From Ideonella sp. (GTDB lineage: Bacteria; Pseudomonadota; Gammaproteobacteria; Burkholderiales; Burkholderiaceae_C): DNA of 64,000 nt. The stretch spans positions 3,032 to 67,031 of the forward strand of contig NZ_JBIKNQ010000013.1 in assembly GCF_044358605.1 (NCBI RefSeq), given 5' to 3'. The notes below the pieces were generated by a model that had not been told where the DNA came from, made no database searches, and saw only the letters and a program-made list of their open reading frames with translations. Positions 7,458-18,783 of this stretch are shown here, one piece after another. Position numbers and translations under genes: made by a program. The number at the start of each line of letters is the position of its first letter. Positions within the stretch are counted from its first letter, which is position 1.

Positions 7458-9884
7458 TCAAGCGCGCAAGCGCGCTCCGCACTGTGCCGAAGCACGGGCC
7501 ACTGCGGCTTGCAGGCTGGCCTCAATGCGCTCATCGGTCAGGGTGCTGTTGTCGTCCAGCAACTCTAGGCGCACGGCCAAGCTGCGTTCACCAGCGCCGA
7601 CCTCTGCCGTGGCTTGCGCCGGGCGGTAGATGTCGAACAGCGTGGCCTGGCGGACCAAGCCTTCGGGGTCAGCACGCAAGGCAGACATCAGCGCATCATG
7701 CGCCACGCTGTCTTGCACCACCAGCGCCAAGTCGCGCAGGGCGGCTTGCTGCTTGGGCACGGCTTGGGCCTGCGGCACAGCGCGTTGCAGCACGGCAGCC
7801 AAGTCCAGCTCAAACATCACCGGCGCATGCGGCAGGTCATAGGCTTGGCGCCAGCGCGGGTGCATCTCGCCGATGTGGCCAATGACGGTGCCGTTCAACT
7901 CCACGGCAGCGCAACGGCCGGGGTGCATGGCGGGGTGTTCGGCGGGCACAAAACGCGCCGCTTGCGGGGCGAGCAGCGCCTCCAAGTCGCCCTTGAGGTC
8001 AAAGAAGTCCACGTTCTTGTCGGCACGGCCCCATTGCAAAGGCTGAGCCGGGCCAAAGGCCAAGCCAGCCACGCGCATGGGCTGGTGCACACCGGCGACG
8101 CTGCTGTCGGTTGAGGCCACGGCCGCGTCACGCATGAAGACGCGACCCAGCTCGAACACGCGCACGCGCGGCGCCTTGCGGGCCAAGTTGACCTTGAGCA
8201 CATGGACCAAGCTACCCAGCAGGCTGGAGCGCATCACGGCCAAGGGGGCAGAAATGGGGTTGAGCACCTTGATCGGGTGGGCGTTGCCGGCCAGCTCCGT
8301 CTCCCAGCGCTCTTCCACAAAGCTGAAGTTGATGGTCTCTTGATAGCCCAAACGAGCCAGGGCATGGCGCACTGCGTGGCTGCTGCGCTGGGCTTCCGCA
8401 CGCACACGCGCCGTGACGGGTGCCAGCGGAGGCGTGCCCGGCAGTTGATTGAAGCCGACCACACGGGCCACTTCTTCGATCAAGTCCTCTTCGAGGGTGA
8501 TGTCAAAGCGCCAGCTGGGCGGCGTCACGGTCAGTACGCCGTCGGTCTCGGTGAAGGGCAGCCCCAAGCGCGTGAAGACCTCGGCACACTGGGCCTGGGT
8601 GATGGGCATGCCAATCACCTTGCTGGCACGGGCCACGCGCAAAGCTACGGGCAGGCGTGCGGGCATGGCAGGCTGGGTGTCGGTGACCGGCCCGGCCACA
8701 CCGCCGCAGATGCTCTGCACAAGAGCCGTGATGCGCTCGATGTGCTCGACTGTGCCCACCGCATCCACGCCACGCTCGAATCGGTGCCCGGCATCGGTCG
8801 AGAAATTGAAGCGGCGCGAACGACTGGCCACGGCGGCGGGCCACCAGAAGGCGGCTTCGATGTAGATATTGCGGGTGTCGTCCGAGACCGCAGTGGCGTC
8901 GCCGCCCATGATGCCGGCCAGGGACTCGACGGCTTGGTCGTCCGCAATGATGCCGACCTGCTCGTCCAGCTCCACCGTGTTGCCATTGAGCAGCTTGAGT
9001 GATTCGCCTGCGCGTGCCCAGCGCACCTGCAGGCCGCCATGGATTTTGTCGAGGTCAAAGATGTGAGACGGGCGGCCGAACTCGAACATCACGTAGTTGG
9101 AGATGTCGACCAGCGGGCTCACCGAGCGCTGGCCGCAGCGCGCCAAGCGCTCCACCATCCAGGCAGGAGTTTGAGCCTTGGGGTTCACGCCTTGAACCAC
9201 GCGGCCACTGAAGCGGCCGCACAGGTCGGTGTCTTGCACAGTGACCGCCACGGTGGCGTCGTGGCCTGCAGCCACCGGGGCGATGCTGGGCGCTTGGAGT
9301 GGCGCGCCGGTGAGCGCACTGACCTCGCGGGCGATGCCGTAGACGCTCAAGCAGTGGCCCAGGTTGGGTGTGAGCTTCAGCGTGAACAAGGTGTCATCCA
9401 AGTTCAGGGTGTCGCGGATGTTTTGGCCGACGGGCGTGTCCAGCGGCAGCTCCAACAGGCCGCCATGGTCTTCGCTGAGCTTGAGCTCGCGGGCCGAGCA
9501 CAGCATGCCGAAGCTCTCAACGCCACGCAGCTTGCCCACCTTGATGGCAAAGGGCTCGCCGCCCTCTTCTGCCGGTGGCAGCTGTGCGCCCACCAGCGCC
9601 AGCGGCACCTTGATGCCGACACGGGCGTTGGGCGCACCGCAGACGATCTGCAGCGGGCCGTCTTTGCTGTGCGGGCCGGCATCGACACGGCACACGCGCA
9701 GGCGGTCAGCGTTCGGGTGCTGCTCGGCCTCGACGATCTCGGCCACAACGATGTTCGAGAAGGCCGGCGCCACGGGCCGCATCTCTTCGACTTCCAAGCC
9801 CGCCATGGTCAGCAGGTCGGCCAGCTCTTGGGTGTTCAGCGCGGGGTTGCAGAACTCGCGCAACCAGGATTCAGGGAATTGCAT
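7458..9884 (-). CDS. pheT: phenylalanine--tRNA ligase beta subunit
   Basis: 808 aa, N-terminal [11 protein letters not shown], directly downstream of pheS. Confidence 0.95.
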   Translation of the reverse strand: MQFPESWLREFCNPALNTQELADLLTMAGLEVEEMRPVAPAFSNIVVAEIVEAEQHPNADRLRVCRVDAGPHSKDGPLQIVCGAPNARVGIKVPLALVGAQLPPAEEGGEPFAIKVGKLRGVESFGMLCSARELKLSEDHGGLLELPLDTPVGQNIRDTLNLDDTLFTLKLTPNLGHCLSVYGIAREVSALTGAPLQAPSIAPVAAGHDATVAVTVQDTDLCGRFSGRVVQGVNPKAQTPAWMVERLARCGQRSVSPLVDISNYVMFEFGRPSHIFDLDKIHGGLQVRWARAGESLKLLNGNTVELDEQVGIIADDQAVESLAGIMGGDATAVSDDTRNIYIEAAFWWPAAVASRSRRFNFSTDAGHRFERGVDAVGTVEHIERITALVQSICGGVAGPVTDTQPAMPARLPVALRVARASKVIGMPITQAQCAEVFTRLGLPFTETDGVLTVTPPSWRFDITLEEDLIEEVARVVGFNQLPGTPPLAPVTARVRAEAQRSSHAVRHALARLGYQETINFSFVEERWETELAGNAHPIKVLNPISAPLAVMRSSLLGSLVHVLKVNLARKAPRVRVFELGRVFMRDAAVASTDSSVAGVHQPMRVAGLAFGPAQPLQWGRADKNVDFFDLKGDLEALLAPQAARFVPAEHPAMHPGRCAAVELNGTVIGHIGEMHPRWRQAYDLPHAPVMFELDLAAVLQRAVPQAQAVPKQQAALRDLALVVQDSVAHDALMSALRADPEGLVRQATLFDIYRPAQATAEVGAGERSLAVRLELLDDNSTLTDERIEASLQAAVARASAQCGARLRA

Positions 9885-9924
9885 GGGAACTCTTTCGGGG
9901 TGTTCTTTGAAGGAGGAGGCAGGC

Positions 9925-10980
9925 TCAGCGGAACTGGCTCAAAAACCTCAAATCACCGTCAAAGAACAGACGCAAATCATTCACACCGTAACGCAGCATG
10001 GTCAGGCGGTCTGGGCCCATGCCAAAGGCAAAGCCGATGTAGCGCTCGGGGTCTAGGCCAAAGTTGCGCACCACGTTCGGGTGCACTTGGCCAGAGCCGG
10101 CCACTTCCAGCCAGCGGCCCTTCAGGGGGCCGGACGAGAAGGCGATGTCCACCTCGGCCGAGGGCTCGGTGAAGGGGAAGAAAGAAGGCCTGAAGCGCAG
10201 GTTCAGGTCTTCGGTTTCGAAGAAGGTGCGGAAGAAGTCGGTGAAGACGGACTTCAGGTCCTTGAAGCTGACGTTCTCGCCAATCCACAGGCCTTCGCAC
10301 TGGTGGAACATGGGCGAATGGGTGGCGTCGCTGTCGACGCGGTAGGTGCGGCCCGGGGCGATGACGCGGATCTCAGGCATGGCCTGGCCAGCATCCAACA
10401 GGGTCTTGTGCTTCTTAACGTGCTGCACGGCATAGCGCACCTGCATGGGCGAGGTGTGGGTGCGCAGCAGGTGACCACCACCATCCGGAGCCACGGTGTC
10501 GACATAAAAGGTGTCGTGCATGGAACGCGCCGGGTGATCAGCCGGTGTGTTCAGCGCCGTGAAGTTGAACCAGTCTTCTTCGATCTCGGGGCCGTCGGCC
10601 ACATCGAAACCCATAGAGCCAAAGATGGCCTCAATGCGCTCTAACGAGCGCGACACCGGGTGCAAGCCACCCAGGCCTGCCTGGCGGCCGGGCAAGGTGA
10701 CATCCAGCGCTTCGGCCTTGAGTTGGATCTGCAATTCGGCGTCGGCCAAGGCTTGGCGGCGGGCCGTGAGCGCAGACTCGATCTGCTGCTTGACGACGTT
10801 GATCTGCGCACCTCGGCTCTTTTTCTCTTCAGGCGACAGTGCAGCCATGCCTTTGAGCAGTTCGGTCACACGACCGGCCTTGCCCAGGTACTTGGCCTTG
10901 GCATCTTCCAGGGCGGCGGGGTTGCCTGCGGCATCGAAGTCAGCGCGGGCCGTGGCCACCAATTGATCAAGGTCGCTCAT
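9925..10980 (-). CDS. pheS: phenylalanine--tRNA ligase alpha subunit
   Basis: 351 aa with class II motifs [16 protein letters not shown] and GSGQVHPNV. Confidence 0.95.
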   Translation of the reverse strand: MSDLDQLVATARADFDAAGNPAALEDAKAKYLGKAGRVTELLKGMAALSPEEKKSRGAQINVVKQQIESALTARRQALADAELQIQLKAEALDVTLPGRQAGLGGLHPVSRSLERIEAIFGSMGFDVADGPEIEEDWFNFTALNTPADHPARSMHDTFYVDTVAPDGGGHLLRTHTSPMQVRYAVQHVKKHKTLLDAGQAMPEIRVIAPGRTYRVDSDATHSPMFHQCEGLWIGENVSFKDLKSVFTDFFRTFFETEDLNLRFRPSFFPFTEPSAEVDIAFSSGPLKGRWLEVAGSGQVHPNVVRNFGLDPERYIGFAFGMGPDRLTMLRYGVNDLRLFFDGDLRFLSQFR

Positions 10981-11010
10981 GAAGAGTCAGCAAAACAAAA
11001 GGGAGAAATG

Positions 11011-11040
11011 AAAAAAGGCCGCACCCAAGGTGTCGGCCTT
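11011..11040 (-). terminator. rho-independent terminator/attenuator between rplT and pheS
   Basis: The minus strand reads AAGGCCG(A)CAC-CTTGG-GTGCGGCC followed by TTTTTT. It ends 30 nt upstream of the pheS ATG. Confidence 0.6.
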
Positions 11041-11088
11041 CGTGAACTTGAGGTCTGGGTCAGCATGCTGACTCAGGCTTCAAGGGGA

Positions 11089-11445
11089 TCAAGCGAGCTG
11101 GGCCTTCACCTTGTCGACGATGGCTGCAAAAGCGGCCGGATCGTGAATCGCCATGTCCGACAGCACCTTACGGTCCAGGTCGATCTGAGCCTTCTTCAGG
11201 CCGGCGATGAACTTGCTGTAGGTCAGACCCAGACCACGCGTTGCGGCGTTGATACGGGCGATCCACAGTTGACGGAAAACACGCTTCTTCGTGCGGCGGT
11301 CGCGGTAGGCATATTGCCCAGCCTTCATCACCGCCTGCTTGGCGATGCGGAAGACGTTTTTACGACGACCACGGAAACCCTTGGCCAGGGCCAAGATCTT
11401 CTTGTGACGAGCACGTGCGGTAACACCACGTTTGACGCGAGGCAT
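11089..11445 (-). CDS. rplT: 50S ribosomal protein L20
   Basis: [18 protein letters not shown]..., 118 aa. Confidence 0.97.
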   Translation of the reverse strand: MPRVKRGVTARARHKKILALAKGFRGRRKNVFRIAKQAVMKAGQYAYRDRRTKKRVFRQLWIARINAATRGLGLTYSKFIAGLKKAQIDLDRKVLSDMAIHDPAAFAAIVDKVKAQLA

Positions 11446-11471
11446 GTGATAACTCCTTTAGTCTTGGTGGA

Positions 11472-11675
11472 TTACAGGCCAGCGAAGGGCAGCATTTGCG
11501 CGATGTGACCCATATTGGTCTCATGCACATTGACTGCACCACGCAGGTGACGCTTGTTCTTGGTGGTCTTCTTGGTCAAGATGTGACGCTTGAAGGCTTG
11601 GCCGCGCTTGACGGTGCCGCCGGGGCGGACGCGGAAGCGCTTCTTCGCGCTGCTCTTGGTCTTCATTTTGGGCAT
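11472..11675 (-). CDS. rpmI: 50S ribosomal protein L35
   Basis: [16 protein letters not shown]..., 67 aa. Trimmed from the 87-aa ORF to the Met at 11675. Confidence 0.95.
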   Translation of the reverse strand: MPKMKTKSSAKKRFRVRPGGTVKRGQAFKRHILTKKTTKNKRHLRGAVNVHETNMGHIAQMLPFAGL

Positions 11676-11788
11676 GACTGCTCCTTTTAAATGACCTCTG
11701 CTGGGCGGCCCCACCGGTGGTGGTGCACTTGACAAGCCTGCAGCGGCTTTTCTTCATCGCCCCGGTGACCAGACCGAGGCGTGAATGC

Positions 11789-12340
11789 TTATGACTTTTT
11801 CTTAGGTGCCAGCACCATGATCATCTGGCGCCCTTCGAGCTTGGGCATGTGCTCGACCACCGCCACATCGGACAGCTCGTCGCGAATGCGTTCAAGCATG
11901 CGCATGCCGATGTCTTGGTGGGTGATCTCGCGGCCCCGGAAGCGCAGCGTGACCTTGCCCTTGTCGCCGTCTTCAGAGATGAATCTCCGTAGATTGCGCA
12001 TTTTGATGTTGTAGTCGCCATCATCGGTGCCAGGGCGGAACTTGACTTCCTTGACCTCGATGACCTTTTGCTTGGACTTGGCTTCGGCGGCCTTCTTCTG
12101 CTCTTGGTACTTGAACTTGCCGTAGTCCATCAGTCGGCACACCGGGGGGTCTGCCTGAGCCGCAATTTCAACCAGATCCACGTCGTGCTCTGCAGACAGA
12201 CGCAGCGCGTCTTGAATGCTCACGATGCCCAAAGGCTCGTTGTCCACGCCGTTCAAGCGCACGGACAGTGCAGTGATTTCGCGGTTCAGTCGGTGCTTAC
12301 GCTCGACATTGGGTACCCGACGGTCAGCAAAAGTAGCGAT
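11789..12340 (-). CDS. infC: translation initiation factor IF-3, with a non-AUG (AUC) start
   Basis: The conserved N-terminus [31 protein letters not shown] lies upstream of the ORF-track start. There is an in-frame TGA at 12355-12353. ATC at 12340-12338 is the only near-cognate start, and GAGGGG sits 8 nt upstream of it. Confidence 0.9.
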   Translation of the reverse strand: MATFADRRVPNVERKHRLNREITALSVRLNGVDNEPLGIVSIQDALRLSAEHDVDLVEIAAQADPPVCRLMDYGKFKYQEQKKAAEAKSKQKVIEVKEVKFRPGTDDGDYNIKMRNLRRFISEDGDKGKVTLRFRGREITHQDIGMRMLERIRDELSDVAVVEHMPKLEGRQMIMVLAPKKKS

Positions 12341-12426
12341 GGTGCAAACCCCTCAAACTGCGCGCAGGCAAGTCAACGCGCCAAACAAAATTAAAGCAAA
12401 ACGGGAACGCAAAAAAGCCGAGGATC

Positions 12427-14346
12427 TCAGGCCTTGGTGGCGATATCGGTGGCGAGCTTCGCTTGGAAGTCTGCCAGGGACATCACACCCAGGTCTTGAT
12501 TGCCTCGGGCGCGCACCGCAACAGCCCCGCTTGCCTTCTCTTTGTCGCCTACGACAAGGATGTACGGGACCTTTTGCATGGAATGCTCGCGGATTTTATA
12601 GGTGATTTTCTCGTTGCGCAAATCTGCCTGAGCCCTAACTCCTTGTTTTTGCAGCGTTTTCACCACTTCCCGCACGTAATCCTGCTGCGCATCGGTGATG
12701 GCGGACACCACCACCTGGGTCGGCGAGAGCCAAACCGGCAAGGCGCCGGCATGCTGCTCGATCAAAATCCCGATGAATCGCTCCAAGCTGCCCACGATGG
12801 CGCGGTGCAGCATCAAGGGGCGGTGACGGGCACCGTCTTCGCCCACGAAGTCGGCGTCCAGGCGCTCCGGCAAGTTGGGGTCGATCTGGATCGTGCCGCA
12901 TTGCCAAGGTCGGCCCAGCGCATCTTTGAGGGTGTATTCGATCTTCGGGCCGTAAAACGCACCTTCACCCGGCAAATACTCAAACTCACAGCCTGAGGCG
13001 CGCAAGCCTTCGGCAAGTGCGGCTTCTGCCTTGTCCCAGCTCTCGTCAGTGCCGATGCGTTGCTCGGGCCGAGTGGACAGCTTGTAGATGATATTGGTGA
13101 AGCCAAAGTCCTTGTAGACCTTTTGCAGCAAGGTCGTGAAGGCCTGCACCTCAGCCTGCACCTGCTGCTCAGTGCAGAAGATGTGGCCGTCGTCCTGCGT
13201 GAAGCCGCGTACCCGCATGATGCCGTGCAGACCGCCGCTGGGCTCATTGCGGTGGCACTGGCCAAACTCGCCATAGCGCAGCGGCAGGTCACGGTAGCTC
13301 TTCAAACCCTGCTTGAAGATCAGGATGTGGCCCGGGCAGTTCATGGGCTTCAAGGCGTAGTCGCGCTTCTCGGACTCCGTCACAAACATGTTTTCGCGGT
13401 ACTTCTGCCAGTGCCCGGTTTTCTCCCACAGGCCTTGGTCGAGGATCTGCGGGCCTTTGACCTCTTGGTAGCCGTTGTCCCGGTAGACCTGGCGCATGTA
13501 CTGCTCCACCTCTTGCCACACCGTCCAGCCCTTGGGGTGCCAGAAGACCACGCCCGGCGCGTGATCGTCAATGTGAAACAGGTCCAGCTCACGGCCCAGC
13601 TTGCGGTGGTCGCGCTTCTCAGCCTCTTCCAGCATGGTCAGGTGCTGCTGCAAGTCTTCTTTGCTGGCCCAGGCGGTGCCGTAAATGCGCTGCAGCATTT
13701 CATTGCGGTGGTCACCACGCCAATAGGCGCCGGCCACCTTCATCAGCTTGAAGTGCTTGAGCTTGCCCGTGCTGGGCACGTGCGGGCCACGGCAGAGGTC
13801 TTCAAAAGCCCCTTCGCGGTAGAGCGACACGTCTTGATCAGCCGGAATGCTGCCAATGATCTCGGCCTTGTAGGCCTCGCCCATGCTCTTGAAGTGCGCC
13901 ACGGCCTCGTCACGTGGCAGCACGCGGCGCACCACCGGCTCGTCCTTCTTGGCCAGCTCGGCCATCTTCTTTTCAATGGCGGCCAGGTCGTCCGGCGTGA
14001 AGGGGCGTTTGTAGGAGAAGTCGTAATAAAAACCGTGCTCAATGACCGGGCCGATGGTGACCTGGGCGTCCGGGAACAGCTCCTTGACGGCATAGGCCAG
14101 CAAGTGAGCCGTCGAGTGGCGAATCAACTCCAGGCCTTCGGGCTGCTTGTCGGTGATGATGGCCAGGGCCTCGTCGGCCTCCAGCAGGTAGCTGGTGTCC
14201 ACCAGGCGAGCGGCGTCGCCACGCCCCACCTTGCCGCCCAAGGCGGCCTTGGCCAAGCCGGTGCCAATCGAGGCGGCCACCTCAGCCACCGTCAGCGGGG
14301 CGGGATATTCACGTTGCGAGCCGTCGGGCAGGGTAATTTTGATCAT
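12427..14346 (-). CDS. thrS: threonine--tRNA ligase
   Basis: 639 aa, [10 protein letters not shown]... (TGS domain), and class II core [26 protein letters not shown]. Confidence 0.96.
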   Translation of the reverse strand: MIKITLPDGSQREYPAPLTVAEVAASIGTGLAKAALGGKVGRGDAARLVDTSYLLEADEALAIITDKQPEGLELIRHSTAHLLAYAVKELFPDAQVTIGPVIEHGFYYDFSYKRPFTPDDLAAIEKKMAELAKKDEPVVRRVLPRDEAVAHFKSMGEAYKAEIIGSIPADQDVSLYREGAFEDLCRGPHVPSTGKLKHFKLMKVAGAYWRGDHRNEMLQRIYGTAWASKEDLQQHLTMLEEAEKRDHRKLGRELDLFHIDDHAPGVVFWHPKGWTVWQEVEQYMRQVYRDNGYQEVKGPQILDQGLWEKTGHWQKYRENMFVTESEKRDYALKPMNCPGHILIFKQGLKSYRDLPLRYGEFGQCHRNEPSGGLHGIMRVRGFTQDDGHIFCTEQQVQAEVQAFTTLLQKVYKDFGFTNIIYKLSTRPEQRIGTDESWDKAEAALAEGLRASGCEFEYLPGEGAFYGPKIEYTLKDALGRPWQCGTIQIDPNLPERLDADFVGEDGARHRPLMLHRAIVGSLERFIGILIEQHAGALPVWLSPTQVVVSAITDAQQDYVREVVKTLQKQGVRAQADLRNEKITYKIREHSMQKVPYILVVGDKEKASGAVAVRARGNQDLGVMSLADFQAKLATDIATKA

Positions 14347-14432
14347 TGAAATCTCTCCACAGATAGGGGTGTGGCGTCAGGGGTGCCGCGCAATGTGTAT
14401 GAGGGGGGTGAGCCTGAAGGCCTGATGAGGCT

Positions 14433-14473
14433 CGCCAAAAGCAAAACAGCGCGGCGTTGAGGGCCGCGCTGTT
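14433..14473 (-). terminator. rho-independent terminator downstream of the SlyB-like gene
   Basis: 11-bp stem AACAGCGCGGC/GCCGCGCTGTT (14445-14473). On the minus strand it is followed by TTGCTTTTGG. Confidence 0.6.
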
Positions 14474-14661
14474 GAAGGGCATGAATGCAGGTGATGCGCC
14501 AATGCCGCGGCCGACTAGTCCTTACAGAAGGTGGTCGTAGTTCGCGGTGTCATAACCCGTCGCGCCTTTCTCAAGCTCTTGGTGGGATGCAGATGGGCGC
14601 CATTGTAACGGGCGTCTTTGGCATCACACTGACGGGAAAAGCGGCATCTTCGCCAAGTGCT

Positions 14662-15123
14662 TCAGGGCCTGTACAAGCCCTGCCCGTCCAAGCGCACGCG
14701 ATCACCCACGCGCCAGCCGTCAAGACGTGCCACGTTGTAGGCCCGGGTGCTGCCGTTGTCGAGGTGAACCACCAGCCGATAGCGGTCTTGGGTGTTGGCC
14801 TGCTGCTTTTCGATTTCATTGCCGATCAGGGCACCGCCCACGGCCCCCAGCACCGTGCCTGCAGTGCGCCCGTTGCCTGCGTTGCCCATTTGGCGACCCA
14901 GCACGGCGCCCGCCACGCCCCCGATCACGGCGCCCGCGCCCGACGTGCTTTGGCGCGCATCGACGGTTTCGATGCTGCTGATCACGCCATAGCTGCTGCC
15001 CTCGACGCGTGAGCCCGACCAGGTCGGAGACTCCTCGTAGGAAGGTGAGCGTCGGTGCGCGCAGCCGCCGAGCAAAGACAGCAAGAGCACGGACACAACA
15101 ATGACGGTGGCGGAGGAGCGCAT
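14662..15123 (-). CDS. glycine-zipper outer-membrane lipoprotein (SlyB / 17-kDa antigen-like)
   Basis: Lipobox LLGGC. Glycine zippers GAGAVIGGVAGAVLG and GTVLGAVGGALIG. Start trimmed to the Met at 15123. Confidence 0.85.
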   Translation of the reverse strand: MRSSATVIVVSVLLLSLLGGCAHRRSPSYEESPTWSGSRVEGSSYGVISSIETVDARQSTSGAGAVIGGVAGAVLGRQMGNAGNGRTAGTVLGAVGGALIGNEIEKQQANTQDRYRLVVHLDNGSTRAYNVARLDGWRVGDRVRLDGQGLYRP

Positions 15124-15228
15124 GGGGGAAAGTCCTTTCGACAAAGCGCCAGCACAGAAGACTGGCCCTGCAGGAAAGAACGCCTCGCGATCGGGCTAAG
15201 GCGACGACGCCGCTCAGCTTTACGCGGC

Positions 15229-16329
15229 TTAACGCAGCGGCTCTATCTCTGGTGCAGTGCCACCACTCACCCACTGGGCAAACTCGTCGGCCAATTGCTG
15301 GCTCATCGCCACGGCCTCACGCCAGCGCTTCATACGGGTGGAGACATCGTCGCCCAGGGCCTTAAAGTCCTCACGGTCCGGCAGCTTGGCTCCGGGCAAG
15401 CTGGCAATCCACTCGGGCCGAGGCGCCAACACGATGACGTTGTCCAGCGCTGCCGTCGCGGCATGGCGGCGCGGCAGCATCTTGTCCAGCCAGCCCGGCA
15501 CGAGGCTGGGTTGAAAGTGAGGGTATAGCACCAGTGGCGCGGCCGAGTTCAGCATGCGCCGGTAAGGCAGGTGCAGGTGGTAGTCGGTGATGCCGCCGTC
15601 CCAATACGCGCCCGCCGGTGCGCCGGGAATGTCGTGCACGGCATTGAGCCAAAACGGAATAGAACAACTGGCCAGCACGGCAGGGCACAGGTTGTCTTCG
15701 GTCAGTGCGAGTTCACGCGTACGAAAGTCGTTGAGAGGCAACGGCAGAGGGTCGCGCGGGTCGGAGAACACCACCCGCTCCAGCCAATGCCCCAGGCCTC
15801 GCCGCCCCAGCAGGTTGCTGACAAAGGCGCCGCCATAGCCCAAGGGCGTGCGCAGCTTGCCCTCGCGCCGCAGCACGTGGCGGCCCCGGCTGGTGAACAC
15901 ATGCAGGCGCAGCCGAGGGTGCGTCAGCATCTGCGCCGCCAAGGCTTGGAAATGCTCGCCCAACTTGGCGCCAAAGATTTCGCTGACCACGGCGGCCGTG
16001 GGCGGCTTGCCCGGCGCATGCGGGTAGTCCTGAGCGATGTAGTCGGCAGCCATGCGCGCCAGCGCGGCGTCTGCATTGGGGCAGGTGGCCGCCGCCATAC
16101 GCCAGGAGCCGATCGACGCGCCCAGCAAGTGCACCACCTGCGAGGACTGCGGCAGCCAATGCCCAAAGATGAAACGGTCCAAGGGGTTGAGGATCAGCCC
16201 CTTGGGGCCACCTGCGGCAGCCGGGATCACGCCCACATCAGCCGGGCGCAGGCCGTGCTCGCGCAAGTGCTGCAAGGCCGCAGGCCCGGCCAACACCCTC
16301 AGCGCATGCACAGCCCCGGCCCCCGCCAT
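15229..16329 (-). CDS. patatin-like phospholipase
   Basis: Oxyanion AAAGGPKG, nucleophile elbow GASIG, catalytic Asp in WDGGITDY. Confidence 0.85.
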   Translation of the reverse strand: MAGAGAVHALRVLAGPAALQHLREHGLRPADVGVIPAAAGGPKGLILNPLDRFIFGHWLPQSSQVVHLLGASIGSWRMAAATCPNADAALARMAADYIAQDYPHAPGKPPTAAVVSEIFGAKLGEHFQALAAQMLTHPRLRLHVFTSRGRHVLRREGKLRTPLGYGGAFVSNLLGRRGLGHWLERVVFSDPRDPLPLPLNDFRTRELALTEDNLCPAVLASCSIPFWLNAVHDIPGAPAGAYWDGGITDYHLHLPYRRMLNSAAPLVLYPHFQPSLVPGWLDKMLPRRHAATAALDNVIVLAPRPEWIASLPGAKLPDREDFKALGDDVSTRMKRWREAVAMSQQLADEFAQWVSGGTAPEIEPLR

Positions 16330-16332
16330 GCC

Positions 16333-18684
16333 TCAGCGCTTTTGCAGCTTGGCAAAGGCAGCGGCCATGGCGCTGGGTGCCGTGGCCTCTTCGCGTCGAC
16401 CGCCGCCCTGGCCGCGATCTTGGCGCTCGTTACGCGTTGGCGGCCGGTAGTTGTTGTCGCCGCGCGTCCCTGCCGCGCCCTTGGGCGCTGGCGCAGCGTC
16501 GAGCTTCATGGTCAGCGAGATGCGCTTGCGGGCCAAGTCCACTTCCACGACTTTGACCTTGACGATGTCGCCCGTCTTCACCACTTCACGCGCATCAGTG
16601 ACGAACTTATTGGACAACTGGCTCACATGCACCAAGCCGTCTTGGTGCACGCCCAAGTCCACAAACGCGCCAAACTGGGCCACGTTGCTGACGGTGCCTT
16701 CCAGGACCATGCCTTCAGTCAAGTCCTTGATGTCCTCAACACCGTCGTTAAAGCGCGCCACCTTGAAGTCGGGGCGCGGGTCGCGGCCCGGCTTCTCCAG
16801 CTCGGTCAGGATGTCCTTGACCGTGATCGCGCCAAACTTGTCGTCAGCAAAGGCCTCGGGCTTGAGCTTGCGGATCACGTCGCTGTTGCCAATCAGCTCG
16901 GCCACGGGTCGTCCTGCAGCGGCGCTGATCTTGGCAATCACCGGATAGGTTTCGGGGTGCACGCCAGAGAGATCCAGCGGGTTGTCGCCATCGCGAATGC
17001 GCAAAAAGCCAGCCGCCTGTTCAAAGGTCTTGGCGCCCAAGCCGGCCACGTCCAACAACTGCTGGCGGTTCTTGAAACGGCCATTGGCTTCGCGCCAGCG
17101 CACGATGCTGCCCGCCACGGCGTTGGACAGCCCGGACACCTGCGCCAGCAGCGGCGCCGAGGCGGTGTTCAGGTCCACCCCCACCGAGTTCACGCAGTCC
17201 TCGACCACGGTGTCCAAGGTGCGGGCCAGCTCGCTCTGGTTCACATCGTGCTGGTATTGGCCCACGCCAATGCTCTTGGGGTCGATCTTCACCAACTCCG
17301 CCAGCGGGTCTTGTAAACGCCGCGCGATGGACACCGCGCCGCGCAGGCTCACGTCCAAGTCGGGCAGCTCTTTGGAGGCGAACTCGGAGGCCGAGTACAC
17401 CGACGCACCCGCTTCCGACACCACCACCTTCTCGATGTGGGTGCCCGGGGCCAGTTGTTGAATTCGCTTGATCAAGTCGGCAGCGAGCTTGTCCGTCTCT
17501 CGACTGGCCGTGCCGTTGCCGATGGCGATCAGGTTCACTCCATGCGTGGCGCACAGACGGCCCAAGGTGTGGATGGAGCCTTCCCAATCTTTGCGGGGCT
17601 CGTGCGGATACACCGTGTGGGTGTCCAGCACCTTGCCGGTGTCGCTCACCACCGCCACCTTCACGCCGGTGCGGATGCCCGGGTCCAGCCCCATCACCAC
17701 GCGCTTGCCCGCCGGTGCGGCCAGCAGCAGGTCGCGCAGGTTCTCAGCAAACACCTTGATGGCCACCTTTTCCGCTTCTTCGCGCAAGCGGCTGAAGAGG
17801 TCGCGCTCCAGGCTCATGCTGAGCTTGACCTTCCAAGTCCAGGCCACCGACTTGCGCATCAGCTCGTCGGCCGGGCGCTTGGCATGAGCCCAGCCCAGGT
17901 GCCGGGCAATTCGGCCTTCGGCCAGACTGGGTTGACCCGGCACGACTTCCTCATCGAGCACCAGTTTCACATCCAACAGTTCTTGCGTGCGGCCACGGAA
18001 CACGGCCAAGGCACGGTGCGACGGCACGGTGCGAATCGGCTCGTCGTAATCAAAGTAGTCGCGAAACTTGGCCACGTCGGGGTTGTTCTCGTCCTTGCCT
18101 TCGGCCAGCTTGGACTTCAGCAAACCCTCGTCCCACAGCCATTCGCGCAACTTGCCCACCAGGGCAGCGTCTTCGGCCCAGCGCTCCGAGAGCACGTCCC
18201 GCACGCCATCCAGCACCGCAAAGGCGTCGGCAAAGCCGGCCTCGGCATTCACAAAGGCTGCGGCCTCGGTGTGAGGGTCGAGGCTCGGGTCAGCAAACAG
18301 CTTGTCAGCCAGTGGCTCCAGCCCAGCCTCGCGGGCGATCATGCCCTTGGTGCGGCGTTTGGTCTTGTAAGGAAGATAAAGGTCTTCCAGCTCTTGCTTG
18401 GTGGGGACCATCTCGATGGCGGCGCGCAGTTCGGGCGTCAGCTTGCCTTGCTCGTCAATGCTCTTGAGCACCGCCACGCGGCGCTCCTCCAGCTCACGCA
18501 AATAGCCCAGCCGGGCCTCCAGCTCACGCAACTGAATGTCATCCAGCCCATCGGTCGCTTCCTTGCGGTAGCGGGCAATGAAGGGCACCGTAGCACCACC
18601 GTCCAGAAGCGTGACGGCAGCATTGACTTGGGCGGGACGAACCTTAAGCTCGGCCGCAATCTGCAACAGAATCTTGTCCAACAC
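16333..18684 (-). CDS. tex: Tex transcription accessory protein (S1 RNA-binding domain)
   Basis: [26 protein letters not shown] and a C-terminal S1 domain [30 protein letters not shown]. The start is uncertain: GTG 18684 was chosen, and the ORF-track TTG 18756 abuts a hairpin. Confidence 0.92.
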   Translation of the reverse strand: MLDKILLQIAAELKVRPAQVNAAVTLLDGGATVPFIARYRKEATDGLDDIQLRELEARLGYLRELEERRVAVLKSIDEQGKLTPELRAAIEMVPTKQELEDLYLPYKTKRRTKGMIAREAGLEPLADKLFADPSLDPHTEAAAFVNAEAGFADAFAVLDGVRDVLSERWAEDAALVGKLREWLWDEGLLKSKLAEGKDENNPDVAKFRDYFDYDEPIRTVPSHRALAVFRGRTQELLDVKLVLDEEVVPGQPSLAEGRIARHLGWAHAKRPADELMRKSVAWTWKVKLSMSLERDLFSRLREEAEKVAIKVFAENLRDLLLAAPAGKRVVMGLDPGIRTGVKVAVVSDTGKVLDTHTVYPHEPRKDWEGSIHTLGRLCATHGVNLIAIGNGTASRETDKLAADLIKRIQQLAPGTHIEKVVVSEAGASVYSASEFASKELPDLDVSLRGAVSIARRLQDPLAELVKIDPKSIGVGQYQHDVNQSELARTLDTVVEDCVNSVGVDLNTASAPLLAQVSGLSNAVAGSIVRWREANGRFKNRQQLLDVAGLGAKTFEQAAGFLRIRDGDNPLDLSGVHPETYPVIAKISAAAGRPVAELIGNSDVIRKLKPEAFADDKFGAITVKDILTELEKPGRDPRPDFKVARFNDGVEDIKDLTEGMVLEGTVSNVAQFGAFVDLGVHQDGLVHVSQLSNKFVTDAREVVKTGDIVKVKVVEVDLARKRISLTMKLDAAPAPKGAAGTRGDNNYRPPTRNERQDRGQGGGRREEATAPSAMAAAFAKLQKR

Positions 18685-18732
18685 AGGCAGGTCTGAAAGA
18701 GTCGCGAAGCGCGGGAGTGTGCCAGAAGCGCT

Positions 18733-18754
18733 GAAGCTCCCGTCAGGGAGCTTC
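18733..18754 (-). terminator. 9-bp perfect hairpin after the crystallin gene (weak U-tract)
   Basis: GAAGCTCCC-gtca-GGGAGCTTC. Confidence 0.35.
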
Positions 18755-18783
18755 AAAGCCGTCTGTTTGCGGAGGTGCTGAAT

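Noticed and set aside
10977-11066. A 29-codon ORF ([29 protein letters not shown]) with several Phe codons that ends in ATGA overlap with pheS; a possible pheM-like leader peptide.
   Set aside because: The Phe codons are simply the U-tract of the terminator and the following T-rich spacer. They lie inside or after the terminator rather than before an antiterminator. There is no SD. The resemblance looks coincidental.
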